Shown here one piece after another: positions 1-12,156 of a DNA stretch of 64,000 bases. Below the pieces are notes generated by a model. The model was not told the origin of the DNA and ran no database searches. It saw only the letters and a program-made list of their open reading frames with translations. Every line of letters begins with the position of its first letter. Position 1 is the first letter of the stretch. The translations under genes were made by a program, and so were the position numbers. Source of the DNA: Rhizodiscina lignyota (taxonomy: Eukaryota); the NCBI GenBank assembly GCA_010015805.1, contig ML978133.1:248001-312000 (forward strand), read 5' to 3'.

Positions 1-292
1 CTGACTTAGCTGTTCTGAATCTCAGCGGCCGCTCATACATTATGTATGTCTGTATCGAGAGTAAGTTGACCGCAAGGGCTGAAATTTACTTTAGCCACCC
101 CTGTTGGCCACGTGAATGAGCGGGGGTACAGCAGGAATCTCATTTACCCTACCCGACAGTTCTCTGTTGTTGCGCTCTCTGTCAGCAGCCATGATCGAAA
201 CCAAAATTCGGCTGCTGATTTCTGTGCTCAATCGCGCCAATTTGATTCTGCTGTCTACATCAAGATGCTAAATCAGTCTTGAGCCTGACAAC

Positions 293-1654
293 ATGACCAA
301 AGAATCTATCGTGATCGTTGGTACAGGGTGGGCAGGCTATACAGTCTCCCAACAACTCGACAGCAAGAAATTTGACATTACCATTGTTTCACCAGAAGAG
401 ACGAGTGCGTACACGCCGCTGTTGGTACGTTCAACCGCCTCACTCCGAGACAAGATCTGTATACTGACTCACCGCCACCAAGGCCAGTGCAGCATGCGGA
501 CTCTTTGACTTCTCTATTGCGGAGGAGCCGGTAAGGCACAAAAGCAAAAACATTGCGTTTTACAAAGCCCGTGTGGAGAATGTCGACTTTGCCGCAAAGA
601 CTTGCAAGTGTCGCGCAGCGTGCGAGATTGAGGGAGGCGACATGAGGGTGTTTGACGTCCCTTACGATCGCCTTATTCTTGCACCAGGGTGAGTACCATT
701 CCGGGAGCTGTTTCAGTACTCAGTTCATATGAATAGAATAGATGCGTATCGAATACGTTCGAAACGGCCGGAGCAGCTGAGAAGGCCTTTTTTGTGCGTA
801 ATGTCGCGGACGCCAAAAAGGTGCAGCATCGATTAAGACAGCTCCTGGAACTGGCGTCTTTGCCTGGCGTGTCGGATCAAGAACAGCGAGACCTGCTTCA
901 CATCGTCATCGTAGGTGGCGGGCCTACTGGTGTTGAGATCGCTGCTGAGATGTCCGATCTATTCAATGATGACTTTTCCAAACTTTATCCGAATCTAAAA
1001 GGGAAGATGCGAATTACCATTCACGACACGGCGCATTTCATTCTAGGTTCCTTCGAAGAGTCGCTGAGGGAGCACGCTATCGAGAGCTTCTCCAAACGGA
1101 ATGTCCAGGTTATCACAGATTCCAAGATCAAGCAGGTCTGCATGGACAGCATTATAACTGAATCAGAGGGAGAGGTAAAGTGCGGAATGGTATTGTGGAC
1201 CGCAGGAAATAAACAATGCGCTCTTGTCGACAGTCTCAATGTGGCGAAAACGGACAGACTTCCGAGGATTCTGACGGACGAGTACCTCCACGTCCTGGAG
1301 ATCGATAGATCCCCGATGCGTGATGTCTTTGCTTTGGGCGATGCAGCGGATGTCAAGAAGTTCTTTCTCCCGACAACAGCCGAGGTAGCAGTTCAAAAGG
1401 CCGAGTATTTGGCGAACACATTGAATACCGACAACTACAGCACCCCATTTGGGTACCGGCAGAGACCCCTTGTAGCGTATATTGGTGGTCATGACGGCGT
1501 CATAAGCGGAAAGCCCGAGTGGTCAGGAAACCGCGCATGGGCGGCATGGAGGAGCAAGAATTTGTTTTGGACAAGAAGTTGGCGGCGCAAACTTATGATC
1601 ATGGCCGCCTGGTTCTTGGACTGGTTCGGTGGGAAAGAAATCGCTCGGGCATGA
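293..1654 (+). CDS. Type II NADH:quinone oxidoreductase (NDH-2/NDE-like pyridine nucleotide-disulfide oxidoreductase), 3 exons (293-424, 483-688, 742-1654)
   Basis: Two Rossmann motifs (IVIVGTGWAG, IVIVGGGPTGVE), YTPLL|ASAACG spliced across intron 425-482, YDRLILAPG, VFALGDAA, TAEVAVQKAEY and an NDH-2-type amphipathic C-terminus (WRSKNLFWTRSWRRK); GT-AG introns keep the frame. Confidence 0.9.
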
Positions 1655-2282
1655 AGAAAAGTGATCCCACCTCTTAGATAGCTACAAGTCACGAAGAAAT
1701 CACTGGAACACATTTCTGCTATTTGGGAAGAGAGTACGTGAAAATAAGTCTAGAGATTTCATTGAATGTTACAAGGCCAACTCGGAGCCGATTGGCACAT
1801 CTTTCCTCCAACAATTTGTCCTCTTCTTCCAAATCATCCCTGCTCCCTGAAGTCAACAGCCCTCTCAATTGGGCTTTCATTCCTTCAACGACATCAAACT
1901 TGTCAATATGGTTTTGAAAATGTGTTAATAAGCGGGCCAGTGATACAAATGGTTGTGACTGTTCAATTTTTACGTAGCCCTCTCAACGTTGGTCCGCCGA
2001 TCCGTCCGGGCCAAGTTTCGAATTCATCGCTTAAGGAAGTTTGCTTTCGTCAAGGCAGCTACGCGTTCGCGTACCATTCACTATACTCGAAGAAGCAGTG
2101 GACCGAGAGAATCCTGTGGCTCGCACGCTCGTCTGCAGCTTCTAGATCAGGCACCGTGTCACGGACATGCTCTAATGGAAGCGTATATAAATTGTCCTAG
2201 CTCTCCCTCCTCCCACGAGCCATCAACTCATCTCTCCATCAATACATTCTCACAGCTTCGTCTGATTTAAAACAGTCTCTCA

Positions 2283-3430
2283 ATGTCGAGCACAACTCCC
2301 GATCCAGATTATTATGTGAAGCTTCTAGCATTCACCAAGTCCAACCACAGGGATGTGTATCCTGCTATCGATCCTACCTCACCGTCGCTTTCTCAGAAGG
2401 GGAAAGTCGTCGTTATCACTGGAGCAAGCCGTGGCATTGGACGAAGGGTATACTTACCTTTCCATTCCATTGCTCTTTCGCATGCACTCACTGTATCTTG
2501 CACATGAAACATCCACTGAGCGGAAGTATCGCTGATAGATGATAAAATCTAGGGTTTCGTAGTTTCCTTCGCGCGAGCTGGTGCGAAGGCATTGGTCCTC
2601 CTAGCTCGGTCGGCATCCGATCTCGCGGAGGCGGAAAAAGAAGCCAAGGCTATCAATCCGTCAATCGAGACGTTGGCTCTGTCTGTAGATGTTGCGGATG
2701 AGGCCTCTGTGTCCGATGCTTTCCGCGCGATCCAGGAAAAGTACGGGAAGCCTGATGTATTGGTCAATAATGCTGCTGTCCTGGAGCCTTTGAGTTCGAT
2801 ACTTGAAGTGGATGCGAAGAAGTGGTGGTATGCTTTTGTGAGTCGTCCGTTATAGCATTTCGTATCGCCGGACTGCCCTCGAAAGACCAGCGTTCTGCCC
2901 TACGCCATGACAACAAAGCTGACGACACTCAGGAACTCAACCTACGCGGGCCATTCCTCCTAACCAAAGCGTTCATGAACCTTCTTGGGCCCGAACCCAC
3001 TTCAGTGCCGCCGAAATCATCCCCGACCCGCGCCACGATTATCAACGTAACAACCTCAGGCGCCCACACGATCGTCCCCAACCACTCCAGCTACTGCATC
3101 AGCAAGCTGGCCCTGAACCAACTGACCGCCTACGTAGCCGCCGAAGACTCATCCATCACCTGTGTCTGCGTTCATCCCGGCGTGATTCCGACAGACATGA
3201 GTAGCCTGGTCCCCTTCCTAAATCCGTTCGCGAAGGACAGTCCGGAGCTCGTGGGCTCAGTGGCGGTTTGGCTGGCGAGCGGGGACCAAAGGTTCTTATC
3301 TGGCAGGTATATCACGGCGAACTGGGACGTAGAGGAGCTAGTGAGGAAGAAGGACGAGATTCTTGACGGTGATAAGTTGACAACAGCGCTTAAGGGCGAG
3401 TTTGGGATGCAACAGTTTGAGAAGAGGTGA
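2283..3430 (+). CDS. Short-chain dehydrogenase/reductase (classical SDR), multi-exon
   Basis: VVVITGASRGIG, DVLVNNAA, catalytic YCISK (YxxxK) and VHPGVIPT in three ORF pieces separated by intron-like sequence. Confidence 0.9.
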
Positions 3431-3729
3431 TACATTACTTTCTAAGAGAACATCTGAGTCAGGCTTGTCTCACGGACAGCCTATCTCCTTTGTATTTAAC
3501 GCCGACATCATTAGCAAGGAACCAGATTGATAGAGCACGTGTTCTTGTTTCCGTTCATACCAACACTACCATCATCTCCATTCCGTTTTTTTGAAGAACT
3601 TGAACGGTCCAAGTCCAGACGTACTTTTCCATCATATCGTAAAGCGAAAAGAAAGAAAATTATGTGTCCTACCGGAATTTTCTAGATCCCACGATTTTAA
3701 AGCCAAGAACATGCTCTTTAAATTATTAG

Positions 3730-6108
3730 TTAGCTGCGAAACTCATCACTAGAGAGATCCGTCCCGAACACAGCATTCGAAAACTGTTGTTGCTGCTCGG
3801 CAGCCACGCCATAGGCAAGCGGAAGGCTGACGCCCCTCATGAGGTTGTTGTAAAGACCCATATCAACGTTCTGGAATTCCCAATCCTGTGCAGTGGCGGA
3901 CAAGCTAGGGTATAGCGATGTATCTGAGCGCTGAGGGACTGCATACTGAGCAGAATCAAGGAAGGGGGCAACTTCAGCGGTCGCGCCAGAAGCAGCAACT
4001 TCCGTGGCGGACTGGGTTAGAACGTCATTATGCATGGCGCCGGACGCAAACTCGGGCCTTGTCCCGATCGATGTCGTGCTGCCGGAGAGCGTATCTTGGG
4101 GTGAAAATATTGTCGGAGCTTGGTTGACTTCGGCAGATGGTCCAGGCACAGAGTCAACTGCGTAAATCTTGCCCAACGCAGAGTGCACGAACAATCCTTC
4201 AGGGCCAATGGTTACAATACCAAAGTAAGGGATGGTGAGAGTTAGGGACTTGGTGCTGGTTGAGGTGTTGGGAGACGGTGTATGGCCCTCCGCGACAGCA
4301 GCTTCAATATCAAGCAAGCGGCGGAGCAGGTCATGGCTCTCGCGGCTGAGCCTTTCGTCGGTCATTCTGCAATCGGGCTTGATTTGGTCGAGGATAATCT
4401 CAACCATGGCGCGGTCGCCCAGCCGCTGCTGTGTGAGCAAGTTGCCGCTGCCGCGGCCACCGCCCCCAACCTCGTACTCTTGCGGCCTACGGTGGCAGTC
4501 AAGGTGAGCAAGGAGCAGAGTCATGCCTGCCACGTAGACGAAGAATTCGAGGGCGCGGAAGCAGAAGACGATGCGGACAACGGATGGAAGGGAGAGAAAG
4601 CGGCCGATGATATCACGGCTTGCGTGGACGCAAGAGTATCGACTGTACGTATAGCTGTAGCCACTGGGCGGAGGCGAGTGATCGAGCAGATAGGGCAAGT
4701 GTAGCTGATTGACTAGGTTGTAATGAAAGATCTGTCTGACAAGCTGTGTCTCAATCCTGATCGATTCGATCCCGGAGGCACCTTTGAGGCTGGGGGCAAG
4801 CCACCACTTAGGAGGCAATTTGTTCGCTGCATCCTGTAGCTGATGGTCAATATCGAGGGTTAGGGCAATGTCGTTTGGCGAACGGTGCTGGTTGCGCTGG
4901 ATAATGCGTGACGCTACGCTGCTTTGGACCTGCTCCAGCTCGGCTGCGGGACCGTCTTCAAACCTAGGGATCCCACTTGGGATGACCAGCTCATCCGAAA
5001 AACCCTGAGGCATGCCGAGCATAAGGCTGAAATGTCGATCAAGGAAGACAATGCGGCTCCATAGCCAGAACTCGTCTAGACGGGTGGCCGGATCTAGGAC
5101 CTGAACAGAGCTCGAGCCCGCCCGGTGGAGACCGAGGAGCTGTGCGATGGTCATGGAGCGCCGAACCGAGACCCAGGAGCGGCGCAAATTGCCTACGTTG
5201 CAGTGGTAGATGCCTTCCAGCATGACAGTCTCGAGGCCCTCGGCTGTGTCGGTCAGGTGGTCTTTGGACGTGACCAGAACGCTCGCCGCATCGACCAAGC
5301 GGCGCATGATGGACTCGGGCAGCTCTGATAGGTCACGACAGCTTGGTTGCACATAGTGCAACACGATTGCCAGCCTGAGCATCCATCTCGCGAGGAGAGT
5401 CGGATGCGTCGTTGGTGCCGGTATTCCACCCAGGTTGTACTGCTTGTCTCGGTTCCAGCCAGGTTGATTCGGCGCTAGACCAGTCAGGACTTGTGGGATC
5501 AACGTCTTCGCGGCCGTGAGAGCGTCGAGGATCACTCGTACGTCGTCGTCGGATGGCAGGGCAGAGCGGAGTGCCTGCGACGTCTCTTCTAGGTCGCACG
5601 AGCTAGGGGTAGCGGCAACGCGAGCGTTCTCTGCAGCTGGACTATCGAGATATGGCGCACCAAGGCCAACTCGTGGCTCTACACCCGTGGCCGTCGTTGG
5701 CGACGTTGTGGCCAAACCCGTCGAAATGGAGGGCGTCCGCGGCGGGTGATCATCCGAATCATCCGGCGCAGTAAGACTGCGCGAAGGGCCTGAGAAATAG
5801 ACACGTTCCCCGGGGAGGTGGCCATGGATGGTGTCAGAAACCTCAGCTTCTCTTGCTAAGACATCAATCAGAGCGGAGAGAGCCTCCACACGGACGACGC
5901 GGTCGTTGACGCGGACGCCGTCCTGCCGGGGCTCCGAGGAGTCCTCGACATACTCCTGGCCAACACACTTTGTGCCTCGCTGGAGGCAGTCGAGGCACAC
6001 GAGGCCGTCACTTGAGGCAAGGGTACAGCGCACTTTGCGCCGCTTGCAGTTCCAGCAGCTCCGCGTCCCCTTGCGCACCTTTCGGCGGCCGGTGCTATCG
6101 CCGCTCAT
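3730..6108 (-). CDS. Zn(II)2Cys6 fungal transcription factor, apparently intronless, 792 aa
   Basis: RRKVRKGTRSCWNCKRRKVRC...CLDCLQRGTKC binuclear cluster; middle homology region (AQLLGLHR, LWSRIVFLDRHFSLMLGMP). Confidence 0.93.
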   Translation of the reverse strand: MSGDSTGRRKVRKGTRSCWNCKRRKVRCTLASSDGLVCLDCLQRGTKCVGQEYVEDSSEPRQDGVRVNDRVVRVEALSALIDVLAREAEVSDTIHGHLPGERVYFSGPSRSLTAPDDSDDHPPRTPSISTGLATTSPTTATGVEPRVGLGAPYLDSPAAENARVAATPSSCDLEETSQALRSALPSDDDVRVILDALTAAKTLIPQVLTGLAPNQPGWNRDKQYNLGGIPAPTTHPTLLARWMLRLAIVLHYVQPSCRDLSELPESIMRRLVDAASVLVTSKDHLTDTAEGLETVMLEGIYHCNVGNLRRSWVSVRRSMTIAQLLGLHRAGSSSVQVLDPATRLDEFWLWSRIVFLDRHFSLMLGMPQGFSDELVIPSGIPRFEDGPAAELEQVQSSVASRIIQRNQHRSPNDIALTLDIDHQLQDAANKLPPKWWLAPSLKGASGIESIRIETQLVRQIFHYNLVNQLHLPYLLDHSPPPSGYSYTYSRYSCVHASRDIIGRFLSLPSVVRIVFCFRALEFFVYVAGMTLLLAHLDCHRRPQEYEVGGGGRGSGNLLTQQRLGDRAMVEIILDQIKPDCRMTDERLSRESHDLLRRLLDIEAAVAEGHTPSPNTSTSTKSLTLTIPYFGIVTIGPEGLFVHSALGKIYAVDSVPGPSAEVNQAPTIFSPQDTLSGSTTSIGTRPEFASGAMHNDVLTQSATEVAASGATAEVAPFLDSAQYAVPQRSDTSLYPSLSATAQDWEFQNVDMGLYNNLMRGVSLPLAYGVAAEQQQQFSNAVFGTDLSSDEFRS

Positions 6109-6907
6109 CTCTCACAAGTTATGAGGGTACGTACGTTGAAACAATTACCGTTCCGGCGACGTTGGATGGGGGAGAGACGTGACGTGCCTTCAATACCAGC
6201 TCTTTAGCCATTCCTCCGCCGAAGCTTTCGGTCGAACAAGCGCAGCACTGGGATAAGCCTGTCACCTTGATGGCATGCTAACAAAGAAGGGGGGAGCATG
6301 AAAATCTTCAACGTTACTAATAGCATTAAGATTTCCCAGAAAAAATTCTCCCTGGTATATCGTACATGTATGCTAGATGCAGCCGAACGTCTACTACGAA
6401 TGTGCTTCAGGGGGAACATGAAGCGAATCCAAGCTGACTAAAAAGCGTGTCAATTATGAGCCCGGCCGCCGTGGGAGCACCCCTAGCCTGGAATTGGTTA
6501 GTCTCCGGTGCCACGAACCTTTGACCAGCCACCGCGATTCCGCAGTCCGTTTCTCTCCTGTTCGACCCACAAGATATCATCCTTACAGTTAGGAGGAGCA
6601 AAGGTTAAATCTCCTTCAAGGGCCAGTGTGAGTTGATATTCTCTGCGGCTATCCTCCATAAAATCACGGAGATGGCGAAGTCGAACGCCCGCTCCGTGCT
6701 GCGATCGGCCACGGCCATCGGTGACTCTGCTCCGTTCCGTGACGGTGACTTTTGACGCCTGTGATGAGTTCGACTTTATGCTCTTAGGTATTTAATCTCG
6801 ATTGTCTTCTATTGAAGCTAGGTCTCTCGATCTATCAAGCTTTCAACTCTCAGCTTTCAACTGTTTCGCAGCGTCCATTGTACCGTTTGATCCCTTCTCT
6901 CCACAAA

Positions 6908-7615
6908 ATGGCTCCAATCCACTGGGGTGCTCTGGCGTTCGACTATCAGGTCCTGGATGTTTTGGGTCCGTTCGACCTACTCAATTCTTCAAGCCAGTTC
7001 CTGCTAAATGCCATCAACGACAATTTCCACCCGGTCGATGAGAAAGCCCTCGCCCGCGCCCCAGAATTCGTATTCCACCATATCGGATTGACACGAGACC
7101 CTGTTCATCTGTTGACCAGCGAGCTCACAATTGTGCCGAGCACCACTCTCGACGAATGCCCCGAGTTGGACTGCCTGCTAATCGGCGGAGCCAACCCGAT
7201 AGGGTTCGAGTTTCCACCGGAGTACATCGAGTTCATCCGCCGCCATGTGGCCGCCGGAAAGCTGCTCTTTACAAACTGCACTGGGGCATCGCATGTCGCA
7301 GCCACTGGGGTCCTTGACGGGAAGAACGCTACAGTCAATAATCAAGAGTTTGAATGGGTGAAGAAGCAATTCCCGAAAGTCAAATGGACGAAGGAGAAGA
7401 AGTGGATTATTGATGGAAATATCTGGACGGGCAGTGGGGCCGTTGCCGGAATGGACATGATTTCGCATTGGTTGAAGGAGAATTTCGGTTTGGACGTTCT
7501 CATTGCGGGTTCCTCGGGGCTTGACTTTGAACCGCGTAATAACGACGGTCTTTTTGAAGTGTTGCCTCAAAGATATGACTCGAATGGCAAGCATATCTCT
7601 ACACATGTCCTTTGA
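6908..7615 (+). CDS. DJ-1/PfpI (ThiJ) family protein, isonitrile-hydratase-like subfamily
   Basis: ATG in good context (caaaATGg) at 6908; motifs YQVLDVLGPFD, DCLLIGG, nucleophile elbow FTNCTGA, LDGKNATVN, WIIDGNIWTGSGAVAGMDM. Confidence 0.88.
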   Translation: MAPIHWGALAFDYQVLDVLGPFDLLNSSSQFLLNAINDNFHPVDEKALARAPEFVFHHIGLTRDPVHLLTSELTIVPSTTLDECPELDCLLIGGANPIGFEFPPEYIEFIRRHVAAGKLLFTNCTGASHVAATGVLDGKNATVNNQEFEWVKKQFPKVKWTKEKKWIIDGNIWTGSGAVAGMDMISHWLKENFGLDVLIAGSSGLDFEPRNNDGLFEVLPQRYDSNGKHISTHVL

Positions 7616-7810
7616 AGACATCGCTATTGGACATTCACAGTACCTATGGGTGGAGCCATCGAGTTATAAACCTCAACTCTCATGAATTTGACTGTCTAAA
7701 TTCTGTCGCCAGTCAGCATTAGCCGAGATTTAGAATTTAGCAAAAGTTATTAAACATGACGTTGGAGCTCATCGATTCTGAATTGGCTAAGCCTGCAGAT
7801 GAAAACCACA

Positions 7811-10092
7811 TCACTCATAGCCTGATCGATTGCCGAAGGGCGAGGCAAGTGCATCGCTCATTAAGAGATCGCCCCAGAATTTTTCAAGCTCGATAGTCTC
7901 TAGTTCCATCGTCACACTGTGGTTTATAGTACGTCTTTCCTCGGAGGTCTCATGCGTTGAATTCGCGTGTTTCGCCAGATGGTGGAATGCAGGGCAACCG
8001 CCTCTTCGACTTGTACGGTTGTATGATGATGGGGTGTCCATAGCGCCCAAGTCCTTGTGTGCACGTATGCCGTCTGGAAAGAGGGACGGGTGGTCCCTTG
8101 CCCATACATACGAAGTCTTCACGCTATCCACGAGTTCAGGAAACGTGGCGAAAAGCGTGTTAGCACGGCCAGTTTCTGTTAGCGGTGCGTCGACCTGAAT
8201 CGTCTTAAGGAGACTGATTAGCCGGTTCAGATATTGTTCCAGGTCCACAGTCTGTCTCGCACTCTCCGCGTTCCAGTCAGGAATTTCCGGGATTCCGAGG
8301 CTCAGTTTGTAAATTACGAAAACGGCCAAGATAACGCGATACCACTCCCACGATGGCAAGCTGTTGTAAGGCGTCGCAGACATTGCAAGGAAGCAGTCAA
8401 GATAATCATTGGCGGAATCGACGCATTTCATCAAATTTGCGATGAGCGTTGGATGTGCGGCAAGATTATTTGCGCTCACTCCAGTCTCCTGAGCGAGCAG
8501 GCGTCTTCTTCCCAGTCGATATACAAGACCCATCTCATAGATCCTGATCTTAGTTGCGTGATAGGCATTTTCCAACAGTGCTAAGGCGTTTTTCTTAGAT
8601 ACGGAGGACACTTCAAAATGGCAGAGTCGTACCTGAATCAAAGAGATCTGTTGATGCAGCAGATCTCCATTCGTCCAGGCGCATCATTAATCGCTCTGCG
8701 TGTGTATGTCGACGAGCCTGGGCACTGGCGGCCTTGTCCAAACGATAGATATCGCATGCTTCCTCTGTCAGGTGCTGCAATTTTATCAAGTGGTATATCG
8801 TCCGATCCGTCTTCAACTCTTGATCTCCTTGCAGTGTACTGGCGCATTGTAATGCATACTCTGATATTGGAAGATGGTTTGGCTTTCCTCCCGATAGTGA
8901 GATACTATATCGAACGATGTCAGTCAATATCATTTGAGATGCAGGTGATTTCATACGTGGAAGACAGATAACAACAACCTAAGTATGCGCGCTGGGCTTC
9001 TGGGTTGTATGTATCAACTGAGCTGGGTCGGTTAGATCGGAGAGATGGGTCTCTTAAATACACATCTGCCCGCTGTTCGAGGATGTCGGCAGGCCTCTGA
9101 TCTAAGCCAAGATCAATCACCAAACTGATCGCCATCTGCAAGAATCGGTGTGCTTGCTGATTTCGGGGTATCAAGTGGAAATGGAACCTAAAGTCAGTCA
9201 GCTCATTTCACCGAATTCGGATGAACTATCAATGACATGAATGAAAAGCTTACCATGCAAGATATACAAGTAAACCTTGCAGGAGATCAAGGTCTTTTTC
9301 ACCATCTGCAATGATCCGGTGGCTGATTGTATCTTTTACTTCCTCATCTAGCGCTCGTTGTAGTTGAGGATACTTCGATGAAGCACTTGTGATTGCTGCA
9401 AGTAAGAGAAACGGCCTCTGAGTGGCCATTGATGCAATTGATACATCACTCGGAAGCAAAACAAAAGGAAAGTATAAATTCATTTTCCGGAACTCGTCAA
9501 GGAGATGCTGCACGATGGTCGGGCTGAGGTCCAAGCCAGAGATTGCACTTTCCGTACTGTGCACGTCTGCCTCAATATCGTCGGTCCCGGTCTGCTGAAG
9601 ATGTGATAGGTATTCTTGAACCATGTCACCGGTGTTAGATCCATCTTGCATATGAGTGTTTTCATATTGTCCAGTTCCTGCAATCGACTCGGAGCTTTCC
9701 ACTGTGGAAGCCTTGACATTTGCAGTCGTGCTCGAGCGCGAAAGAAGTTCGAGGATGCCATTGAGCTTGGTCTCGAGGTCAACAATTCGTCTGTTATTAC
9801 TTGTATGGTCAGCGACATGAATCCAGCTGTGCTTGTGGTTTGGCGGCCCAGATAACTGACGGTTTTGGTCCTCCCACTGTTCGGGAGGATCGTTTTGGTT
9901 CTGGAATGACGCATTGGGTTTGCGATTTTGCGCATCTATTCATATCAGAAATAAATACGGACGAAGAAGCTTGTATACGCACTTGACGCAGGGTTGGCCT
10001 TCCTCAGTGCGAACACATTTCACTTTTAGGCCACGACATCTGTCGCAAGCCAGCGCCACACTCTTCCGCTGGTTTTTTTCAACTCTCTCCAT
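7811..10092 (-). CDS. Zn(II)2Cys6 fungal transcription factor, multi-exon
   Basis: Minus-strand reading from ATG 10092: MERVEKNQRKSVALACDRCRGLKVKCVRTEEGQPCVK; downstream exons give YFPFVLL..RPFLLLAAI, DLDLLQGLLVYLAW, AISLVIDLGL, RAYLGCCYLS; exact internal splice sites not all resolved. Confidence 0.85.
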
Positions 10093-10500
10093 TTATCGAC
10101 TCCACGCTCTTTCCATGGCCGCAGGTATCATAAAATTCACGATTCTTGAATAGAAGCAATAGCTTATGAGTCAATAGCTGACAAATACGGGGTACTCGGT
10201 GAAAAGCAATTGCCAAGCCGTTCGGGTGCCCCTGGTGCGGAGATTTTCTGAAGCTTGCTTCGTCTGACGACTCCACAACGACGGAAATGCGAGAGGGCCG
10301 ATCTGCTTTGCAACGTCTCCTGCGGAATATTTGCACTGAGAAGTGGACAATAGTTTTTATCACCAAGTGAGGACATGAGCATTTGATCACGTTCCTGATT
10401 GTTCCTGCTACTTTTCCTTCCGTGGCTATTCACAAACTAGCCACATGGGCACATTCGTATACTTTCTCCTTCCCCTTTACAAATGCATCCTTCGCCCTGC

Positions 10501-12156
10501 TCAGATCATGTATCTGAATTGTGCATCATGTCCAAACTCCGTTGGGTGCTCCAAATGTATCGTATCACGATTCTCACCATAGAGCTGATCCCTCTTCCTG
10601 TTCTCCCTCATCAAGAGCAATACCTGAGCTGTTCCACATATGGTAGTTATAAGACATCCACCGCAAGATATCCACATTCCCACCCGATAATAAGGCGCAT
10701 CTTTGAGCGGGAAGATGTTCGTCGCAATAAAAGTACCCATTTGCCCAATGGTTGCAAGGATTGTCAGCCCTCCAGCACGTTTAGAATCGGTAGCATGCAT
10801 GTTCGCAACCCAAGAAAGACTCAGCGCAATGGAGACAAAGCACAGAGGAGCCAGGAAGAGCCCAGCGTATCGAGCTGCCACAGAGGTTTGAGTAGCGAGG
10901 AGAATGTAACCAATAGCCGCGATTAATGCCCAACCGGCAATGAATGGTCCTCGAATTTGGATTTTGTCGCTGATGTAGCACGTTCCTACGATGCAAATGA
11001 ACGTCAAAACATATGGTGGTGCAGTGAGACCGTTGGACTGGATGGTGGTAAAGGCACCCATTTGCGATATAATTGTCGGTGCGAAGAGCGGTAGTGATGC
11101 AAATGGGATGGTAGATCCGAAATATCCAAAAGCAGGCAGATAACCTGAACCAAGCATTGTCAGTATTTCCATCACAAGCAAACGCTGTTCCCAGACTTAC
11201 TTCGCCAGTCAAGAAATGCTCCAGCAAGCTGCTTCAGTTGAAGACCCTTATTGCCAGTTCTGTCACCAGGCTGGCGCAACGAAATGTCGACTGCAATTTC
11301 CTTCTCGCGCTCGGTGAGGAATCTGGCGTTGTGCGGGCCATCGGGAACAAAGAAGAAGACGACTGCAGATAGGGCAACAGTCGGAAGTCCTTCAACTAAG
11401 AAGAGAATTCTCCATGGCGCAATTGCGCCTTTGGCTTGACTGATTCCATATGCCAACGCTCCACCGTAGGCGTTAGCAGCAGCGGAACCAGCGAGGAAAA
11501 TGCCCGTCCTGAAGGCAATCTTTTCGCGGGGATAAAAATAAGAGAGGTATAGAGGAACGCCGGGGCCGTAACCGCACTCGAAAAATGCGAGTAGGAATCG
11601 GCAAACCATGAGGCCGCCCCAACCTTGGGCTGCTGCTTGACAGGAGGAGACTGTTCCCCAGCCAAACACGCAGAAGGCAACCCAGATATGCGGAGGGAAT
11701 GCTTTCCAACCGATCTGTATCCATTGAAAGAGAACATCTGAATAGTCCAATTTTAGCAACAGGTAAGAATATAATGCGACGTGGAGGCTCACATCCGATA
11801 TAGAACATTGTCCCCAACCAATTGTAGCGGTTACCATTCAGGTCAATGTCTTTTTCCATACCAGCAATTCGGGCATTACCGAGATTCGTCCTGTCGAGCA
11901 CTGAAAGCGTGTAGAGAGTGAAGAGGAGAGGAATCATATTCCAATCCAACTTGCGGATAACCTTCGCCTCTTCTTCCGCAGTGTATTCAGGTGCGGTCTC
12001 CGGAACATAGCCATCAGTGGTAGACGACTTCGGCAGAGCCTCTTCATGGATGATTTCCGGCTTCTCCTGGCTCATCTTGTCAGATCCTGAGCCAGATGTC
12101 GCGTGCTCTGTGTAGACGGCCTCCGTCTTTTCATTGGTTATTCCTGATGTCTCCAT
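10501..12156 (-). CDS. MFS transporter, anion:cation symporter (Dal5/Tna1 allantoate/nicotinate permease-like), multi-exon
   Basis: KVIRKLDWNMIP, LDRTNLGNARIAG, RFLLAFFECG, YLSYFYPREKIAFR, WRILFLVEGLPT, many hydrophobic helices, C-terminal FRY motif. Confidence 0.92.
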
